Positions 55,960-64,000 of a stretch of DNA of 64,000 nucleotides are shown here, piece after piece. Where the stretch lies: positions 1-64,000 of the forward strand of contig JYFJ02000722.1 in assembly GCA_000934665.2 (NCBI GenBank), read 5' to 3'. Position numbers and translations under genes: made by a program. The notes beneath the pieces are model-generated. The model was not told the origin of the DNA. It made no database searches and worked only from the letters and a program-made list of their open reading frames with translations. Source of the stretch: Catajapyx aquilonaris. Taxonomy: Eukaryota. Every line of letters starts with the position of its first letter. Within the stretch, counting starts at the first letter, position 1.

Positions 55960-58273
55960 AACTGTTTTACTCATTCAGTGCACAAATACTCAAAGTTCAG
56001 GAATGTAGGCTAAATGTAATTTTTTATTTATCCAGAGAATAGTAGCGATGTCACAGCGGGCAACAATGACTGTCGACAGTTTCAACAATGGAACAAATTA
56101 TTAAAGGCTTGTGATATCACTACCACTCTTGTCAGGTTGAATGATTTTATCATGTGCCATAAACCAAGGAATGTTGCAGTGTTCCTGTGTTAATTCTGGC
56201 AACTGTAACTGCATCAACCTACTAATGTACATGTATTATCATGCAGTGTTCAGCTACAGTTCAAATAATATCTGCATATTCCCTGGCATAAAATATATGA
56301 TTATGCCATACCCTATGTATGTACATATAATTTATACAGTATCGTACTCTATTCAGTATGATGTGTTATTATTTTAATAACCCAATATCATGCCTCATGG
56401 TCTTAAGTTAATTTCCCCAAGATTCTATAATAAATCAAACTTCTTCGACTACCTTAGTACACTAATGGTGAAATATTATAAAATATTCTCACATTCATGC
56501 ATGGCATTTTTATGGTTATGTAAGTAAAATGTGCTACCATTGCACATTCTCATTTGTATTTAATTATTTTTTTCATAAGTTACACTTTCTTAATTTGCTA
56601 GCACAGTACCCGTTCCCCCCTCCTCCCCAGAAATTTATGAATTAATTTCATTAACATTTTTTGTAAAAGTAAAACATGAATACAGCTGAGTTACTAGCGC
56701 TGAGAGAATGTGAACATGCTGTGTGCTCAGCGGAGTGACGGATTTTATATTTATCACATGAGCAATACCTGTTGTGGCCCGAATAGGGGTGTGCTGCAGC
56801 CAGTATGCCACAAAATTAGCAATGATATGATCCATTGGCCTACAGTACTAACATTGTTGGACGTGATCTAGATCATCTAGACTAGTGTCATTGAAAGTAC
56901 AGCACTGATGGAGCTTCATGTCCATTTTGAAACCTTGTTCCTTGCAAGCAGGCAGTAAGATAAATTGTCGGAAAGGAAGAACAAACATCTTCGACACGCA
57001 GTGAACAACCAAGGAAAAAAGCGCAACAAAGTCAAACAGAAGACAGCTCCAAAGCAGGTCACTTTTGCCTCACTGTGATATTTATTATTTCTCACCACGT
57101 AGCCCTAATGGGTTTATCGAGTTAAAAGAACTCAAATTCTGGACTGTTGACAACTCTTCTACCTGTTCCAGTGACAAATAAACTTCCTGTTTCAGATAAT
57201 TGATCTTGTAGTTTGATCTTGATTCTACTGTTGTCGGTCAAGTAGTTATTTGCTTCAGGTGCAAAACAGTCATGCAAAAATACGCAATTTTTCTATTTGG
57301 AATTAACAAACTGTTCTTCCTTCATTCATAAAGCTACCTTAGTTCCAGAGAATGTGAAAAGCATGTCAACAACCTAAAATTGCACTGGCATTTTATTATA
57401 GCCCTGCACATCAATGTTTCACACTTCACACACCTGGGAGAGAGAGAGAGAAAAAAAAAAACCCTCACCAGCTGGATGCTCAATTGAAACTAGACAATTC
57501 TTTTACGAGAAATAATTTACTAATATTAATTCGTTACAGGTAAGTCAAAGCACAAAAAAAAACTAAGATTTACTCTCTCAATCACACAAGACTCCAAATA
57601 ACATTGGGATCAATCACTGAACACGTAGGACAAACTCAATGCAAGAGTTGACACCAGGTACACTTTTCAAAGGGGATCACTATTTCCTTTCATCATCACT
57701 TCGGTCCACAGTTGTGCCCAATGCATATACTTGTGGTCATTTGGCATTTTCCATCCCACAAATGGAATGACAAGTCTTGGCACCACACTAGGTGCAACCT
57801 TTCACCTTTTGAGTCACCAAAATATACGTATGCGTAGATACCCGAGTTGCTGCAATAGAAATATGCCTCTTGAAGCATTGAGTTATGGTCCAAACTCGTC
57901 AACTAGTGAAATACCATTATAGTCTCCTCTGGATACATTCCACTGGATAAGTTCCTACTGGATAACGAGATAATTGGCACACATCACAGAGAGAACTGAA
58001 TACTATTATGCTCACAAGTACAATGTTATCTGCTTCAATAGTTGAGGTGTAGCTAATACCAGCAGTTATCTTGAATGACATTTTTAAAAGGAAGGGCACA
58101 GGAGGCTCTGACAATCACATGAAAGCACACAATTTTTAAAAAACTGAGCTGAAGTTACATGAAGGGACAGAACCTGAAGGAGATCTGGAATCACATTGTA
58201 AAATACAAGCCAACTCTGGTCACTAAAATGAGAAGAAGCTTATTGCTGATTGACCTCTGTGCCACCAATCACT

Positions 58274-61200
58274 TTATATGTCTGTCTGGGGGCAGTTGGG
58301 CATGCCTATGGCAGAGGGGTCCACTTCCACTGCAGCACTCACTGTTGTCACTTCTGGAGGCTGCAGCTTCTGCTTACCAAGAATTTTTACTGCTGACACC
58401 TTCCCTCTCTGGTACGCTATTAGAGTGCTGAGACCCAGAAACCGGAGACAAATGTACTGCACAATGGCAGAGAGTCCCACAGCTAAGATGCGAATCCCAG
58501 CACTAGTGAAAAGCTGGATAACAGCCCAGGCACCGGCCAGGGCTAGACACATGATAGTAACCAATGCCCCTACTTGCAGCCCCTGCTGGATTGTCATTCC
58601 ACCTGACCACCAGAATTTAGAGGTCTTCTCCACTTCATAGGATGATTTGCACACACTACATCGTAAGCTGTCAGGGTTGCCCGAACACTGTTAAGAAAAT
58701 AATAACTGGTAAGCGAATGTCCAATCAAACTATCAGACCCACTGAGCACTGGATTAACTTTTAGTTAACCTTTGAGGACATTTCCAGCGCAGTAAAAGCT
58801 GTTACATAGTATCGAGTTATTCATTTTTACCAAGGGCACTGGCTCACTGCACTAGAAATGGGCTGAATTTCCTGAATGCTTACCTCTGTCAGCCACCTTC
58901 GCAGACAGTCATGATGCACACAGCTGATGTCACCTCGACACAGACAAGGTTGAATTAGGGGACCTGCATCAGTCCTCTCTGAATCATAGCAAATCCAGCA
59001 CTCGGCAGATGATGTAGACCTTAGGGAAGTCTTTTCTCCAGCCTCATCCTCATCCTCCTCTTTGTCAAGTTTCTTCTTCTCCTCTACTGCCTCCTTCCTC
59101 ACGGCTTCTACCTGTGAGGTGGGTGACTCCAGTTCAAGCTGCCTCAGGATTTTCTTTGGATTCAGAATCCATAGTTCGTCAGGCCTGGAAATTAGTAATA
59201 GCAATACATATCCACCTCTTCCTTATTTGCACCCTCTACTCACCTCATACAATTCCACAGCACACAGGGAAACCACAGAACAACACCAATCTCCACCACT
59301 CTATAGATGACGCTGTAGCAGTTGCGACCCACCATTGGAACTCTGATTAAGTAAATTAGTAAATTTAGTACTACTTCAAAACCTCAATGGGAAAATTTAA
59401 GCAATGTGGAGTACACATACCCACATAATAAAAATGAATTACATAAGAATTGGTAGCTATTCATGACATATTTAAGTCTACATTAAAGAACAAGTTCAAC
59501 CAACAAGTTACGTGTTCCTAGCACGTAGTAAGCAAGTGCTGGTAAAAGTGCTGTACAGTTTACGACCTGCTTATTTTGTCTTGATGAGAGTCAAGCATGT
59601 GAAGGCCAGCCACTCACTCCAGCCAATCCCACCCAGCCCACTTGAATTTCCCCCCAAGTTAGAAATAGAGTTCACGCAGCACAATTTGACAATGTTTTTA
59701 CCACATGCTGGCATACAGCAAATATAAAAATAAAATGTTATGACAAAGACTTACTTGGACTTCCAGAACTGTCCCAAGACTTCACTGAGGAGAAATCCAA
59801 TGACAACCAGCAGCATAAAAGCTTGGGAGATAAGTCCCAGCCTAGACTGATGCAGCTGAGAGCGATCAGTACTCTGGGATGCGTCAGGGAGAAATGCTCC
59901 TTGCACCTGTTCAAAAACAGCAAGTAACACTACGATAAAGAAAGTAGCAGCAGTGCCAGTGACTTTAAATATTACACAATTTGAAGACATTTGTGACAAT
60001 CAAAAACCATATAATGAATATGACTTTGTGCATAAAAGAACATTTATGCCATACCTTGGATGGTAGTAGAGAAAATTGCAGAAATGAGTGATTCTGAGTG
60101 AGTTTCAATTAAAGCAAAATCATAATGACACTCAAGTGAATCACAATCCCCTTTTGTATGCATGTTTATAATTACCTTGTTATCTTTATGATATAACTGA
60201 AAATGCAATTATGTGGTGATAATTTTGGTTGGGATAGATGCCTATGGCTTCATACTTTATCATATTAATCAGTTTATAATGTTATAATCCCATATATTTA
60301 AAATGATAACTTCTGAATTTGACACCTAAGCATTGCCAAGAGGCATGGCATAATAACAAGTGAACTTCTGATAATTGACCAAAGCAAGGTTTTCCATGTC
60401 TTTACAAACCATGGTTATTCACACAAATAGGAACTAATACTACTAATGTCACTCCATTACGCAAATCAGCAATTGTTATGCAATTAGCATAGGTTCCCAA
60501 CACCTTCTCAAATGGTTTTGATGCAGGCACAATCTTAAGAAGGCATTACCCAACCTAGATTTGACATGTAACTCATAATTTAGAAGCATCTCTTCAACTA
60601 AATATATACATATATATATTTTTTTTCTCCATTCCAGCCAAAATTTGATCTGACACAGTAACCGAGATTTTGGAGCAACTCCTCAAAGTTGCCTTTCAGC
60701 AGGAACCATCCAGGCTGTTAAGGTGTATCTAAATTGCAAGCTCACTCTTATCTATGCATGGTAATACTTATTTTAAATAGCCACTAGATTAATTCTCTAT
60801 GTGCCTTGTCTCAATCTCATCAGACATTTCACCATTTAAACTGCTGACAACAATATCAAATTAAATAACATCAGCTGCTGTGCAGATTGTTCCAAGTTAA
60901 CATGAAATCATCCCAGATGCTAACCATGCAAGCCAAAAAGCACAACAAAACAAAGCAAAAACCAATTTATGCAGGTCATCCTCAAGTTGTGATGTTCCTT
61001 TCTCCAATCCAGAAAAATAAAAACAAAATGCAAACATGCCTTTGGGGTTGGCTCCACCAGCCGTTCAGAGGCTGGGTCTTCTCTGGGAGATTCAAGAGGT
61101 TCCGGAAGAAATCCGCCTCTCACCTGCCAAGAACCCCCCTCTCAAAGTTAGCCACAAAAAAACAAGTCCATTCCATAAATCAATCAACTGCAAAATAATG

Positions 61201-61743
61201 CAACTCAAATCAAGTCTAGTCTCCTAATCAGCTGTAACTGTACCTTGAAATAGACTTCAACTCCATAGACCAAGAAGAAGACAACCACAATGAACATGAG
61301 TGCAGCATAGCAGCTTCCAAACACGTTTGAGTAGTAGCTCCTGTCATGCACTGAAGTGCTCCCGTACTGGTTGAGAATGAACTCAGCCACCAGCAGGGAG
61401 TACGTGATGAGATTGAACGTCAGGAAGGCCAAAAAGGACTTCGAGAGGAACTGGGACCTCTCCCAGCGGATGTCGCGCAAGTGGAATATCTGATCAAGAG
61501 AGATGGAAGCAGTTATGGGGGGGAGGGGCAAAAAGTTCAAACCACTTTCACTTGATTTTTCTAGGTCACCAGATGGTAAGGGGAAACAAGGAAGGGCGTT
61601 TTCATTTTCTAATAATAAAGCTGTCTGCATGTCAGGAGTTTACTCACCTCAGCCCAGAAACAGACCAGGAGAGAAGCACCCGTGAGCATTATTGGGTAGT
61701 AGGCGCTGACTAAAGTCGTAGACCACTCACCATCTGCGTAGTC
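58274..61743 (-). CDS. Multi-pass membrane protein with RING-CH (C4HC3) domain and C-terminal TMs, MARCH-like E3 ligase; 5' exons unresolved or outside the window
   Basis: The RING-CH is CWICYDSERTDAGPLIQPCLCRGDISCVHHDCLRRWLTE|CSGNPDSLRCSVCK. Several TM segments precede it and 2-3 follow it. Exons 61648-61743, 61244-61489, (61040-61123 optional), 59755-59906, 59244-59342, 58884-59184, 58274-58687; phases are consistent. Confidence 0.88.
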
Positions 61744-61880
61744 CTGCGAAGAAAATATCACATTTTTACTCCTTTCAAAAACATCCACATGGCGACATTT
61801 CAATGTCCACCTTTAAAAATTTGAAACATTTCACAATCACAAGATTTCCTTCGACATCTTACACCCGTAATATTTCTTAA

Positions 61881-62123
61881 CCCTTAACTGGTAACCTCAT
61901 TTAGCCATGCTTAACTGGTAATGTGGGGTCCTTTTTGGACCCCCAAGACGACTAGTGAGCGTTTAAATGATGTTAACTCCCTTTAGAATTTTTTTTCAGG
62001 TGTGAAAGAGTATATTTCAGGAATATAGGTGTGGGAATTTTCATTTTGACAAAAACCTGCATCAAGGTGGTGACATAAGTATACCCTGGGGTCCAAAAAG
62101 GACCCCACATTACCAATTAAGGG
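61881..62123. mobile_element. piggyBac-like MITE
   Basis: The left end is TTAA-CCCTTAACTGGTAA..., with TTAACTGGTAATGTGGGGTCCTTTTTGGACCCC at ~61911-61944. The right end is GGGGTCCAAAAAGGACCCCACATTACCAATTAAGGG-TT. The CCC/GGG termini have a TTAA on the left and a degenerate TTGC on the right. Confidence 0.7.
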
Positions 62124-64000
62124 TTGCGTGGAGGGAGGTGAGGCACAGGCAAGTAAGAAGCACATGAAAGTGAACCTGAGTGAGATGGCCAAGGTTAGCG
62201 ATGTGATCTGATCTGTGCAATGCCTTCAAAGCAGGGTGACCCGTGTTGTAAAAATCTTGGGAAAGCTACTCTGACCACATTCAAAATGATCACGTGCAAT
62301 GATGAAAAATGATCAAAATGTACACACATGCATGTGAGACACTTGACTAATGCGAAGTTGTGTCACACATTTATGAAGGCCGTGTCTATATCACATGTTG
62401 CAGGCCTTGCCTAAGCAGTGTAAGTTCCTTAAAAAGCCTGTGAAATGTATTCTCAATTACATATTAATGGGCCACAATTCATTCAGGTGCGAAGAGTCAT
62501 TTTGTGAAATCCGTAATTTGCAATTTTAAAATCTTCTGGATACCATTTATATATGGCATGCCCTATGACCAACTTTGTGCAATATCTAACGAATATGCAT
62601 GCTGCATTCAAAAATAAATGGCACCAACTATTACTTTTTGCGTTTGTCACACAAAAGCACCACAGAATTAGCACAAGTTGCACAATGATGATTTTACAAG
62701 ATTCCTTGTTTCAGTGTAAATTATAATCCCTTTCCTACTAAGCTAGTACCTATTATGTGCTCAAATTTACAGTATTATCAGTTGTGACTGCCAATTTCTC
62801 AAGCAGCCTCTGCATAAATCTGCAAGACCTTCTAGATCTCATGGGTACATTTTGAGCCGAAAAAATTTGCTTAATTAACTTGAGCACTAGCATTCAAACC
62901 TACACAGTATTTTTGTTCACTTGTTCAGCACACAGGTGACAGTGACTTATGCCATGTTAAATGCCCTGAGAGTTCCTGTCCTAATTCTGGAGTGATACAG
63001 CTTGGGGAAGGGTTGACTCATGGCAAGTGAATTCCATAATGCGGTCAAGCAGTATGAACTTTTAAATCAGCCATGTAGCCATATTTTTAAAAGATGAATT
63101 TGCTATAAAGCACAATAAATTCTACTTCCTTTTCTCTCCAGAGATGATATTGTGGAAAACAACTTAGAAACTGTTGCAGCAAGAATGAAGGGGGGATTTT
63201 TCCAGGAAGATGAGTGAATTAAGTGAGTTCCACTTAATGCTATTTTGGGAAGGCAGGCATCCTTCTCTCTCATTATGGTGTTACTTCAAGAAAGTGAAAG
63301 GGAAATAAATTTTTCAAAAGCACTGTTGCATAACCTTGATTTCTGGAGTGAACATGTGTGAGAGGTGTCCAGATAGCAATAATTCGGCAGATTTGGAAGA
63401 CCAGTGGGGGTAGGCAAGTGCAAATAAATCATGATAGACAATTAATAGAAATGAACTGCCACATGATCTCTACTGCACAGTAGCCATATCCACATGTCCT
63501 TGCCTGTGTGACTCACTGGCAGACAATACACAGGTGAGAGTGATGAGGAAAATATTCATATAATGCCTGCACTCCCAGAATAACAACAGCAACTCATCAC
63601 ATTTCCCAATAAGGGATAATCCGTCATAAAAAGGGAGACACATGTTACCCCAATAAAACACCAATACCATCGCACCACTTAGAAAGGATGGTCAGTGAGG
63701 AAAGAGATGCAAGTCAATGATGAGCATACAACACGAGCAAGGATTTCATGGTAACGTGTAATTCCTCTGCCAGTCTGCCGATCATAGCTGCAGAATTTGT
63801 CCCGTTTGAATCTGGATTAATGGACAAGGTGGTCCCAAATATAACTCACAGAATAACTCCCTAAAAATTCATAAATAACATTCATAATGTCTTGATGTCA
63901 TTGAACTTCAGGTAATTGAGATGCTACTGTAATTTGAAGTTGGCTGAAATTGTACGTGTCATTTGCTAAATTTTCTCTTATGTTCATATCCTGGCATTGT

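Noticed and set aside
60660..60715. Possible extra micro-exon (PGWFLLKGNFEELLQNL) in the RING-CH gene
   Set aside because: The donor is weak and its phase is incompatible with the flanking phase-0 exons.
63335..63670. Possible upstream exons of the RING-CH gene
   Set aside because: Some splice-like motifs are present, but I could not build a phase-consistent, recognisable link to the exon ending at 61743.

Overview
Eukaryotic, intron-containing DNA, probably arthropod/insect (inferred from gene content, intron sizes and transposon types). Most ORF-track entries are exon fragments or antisense shadows. I reconstructed seven protein-coding genes by hand, with phase-consistent splice sites: virilizer/VIRMA (-, 19 exons), head-to-head with RPRD1B/A-like (+); ZNRF1/2-like RING E3 (-, with a ~16.6-kb intron); Beclin-1/Atg6 (-), head-to-head with TTLL1 (+); an unidentified signal peptide + MAM-like + mucin-repeat + TM gene (+); and a 5'-truncated multi-TM/RING-CH E3 ligase (-). 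Interspersed repeats include two tRNA-derived SINEs, a decayed Tc1/mariner element, the 3' end of an RNase H-bearing LINE and several MITEs. The most interesting signals are isoform-level. The large ZNRF intron appears to hide an alternative first exon (MGIIIGSC...) with two phase-compatible second exons, one of which would act as a poison exon in the long isoform. The RING-CH gene has a duplicated-looking cassette exon with a GC donor and a recursive-splice-type start. No prokaryotic-type system such as CRISPR or an operon is present. All homology calls come from motif recognition; no database search was run.
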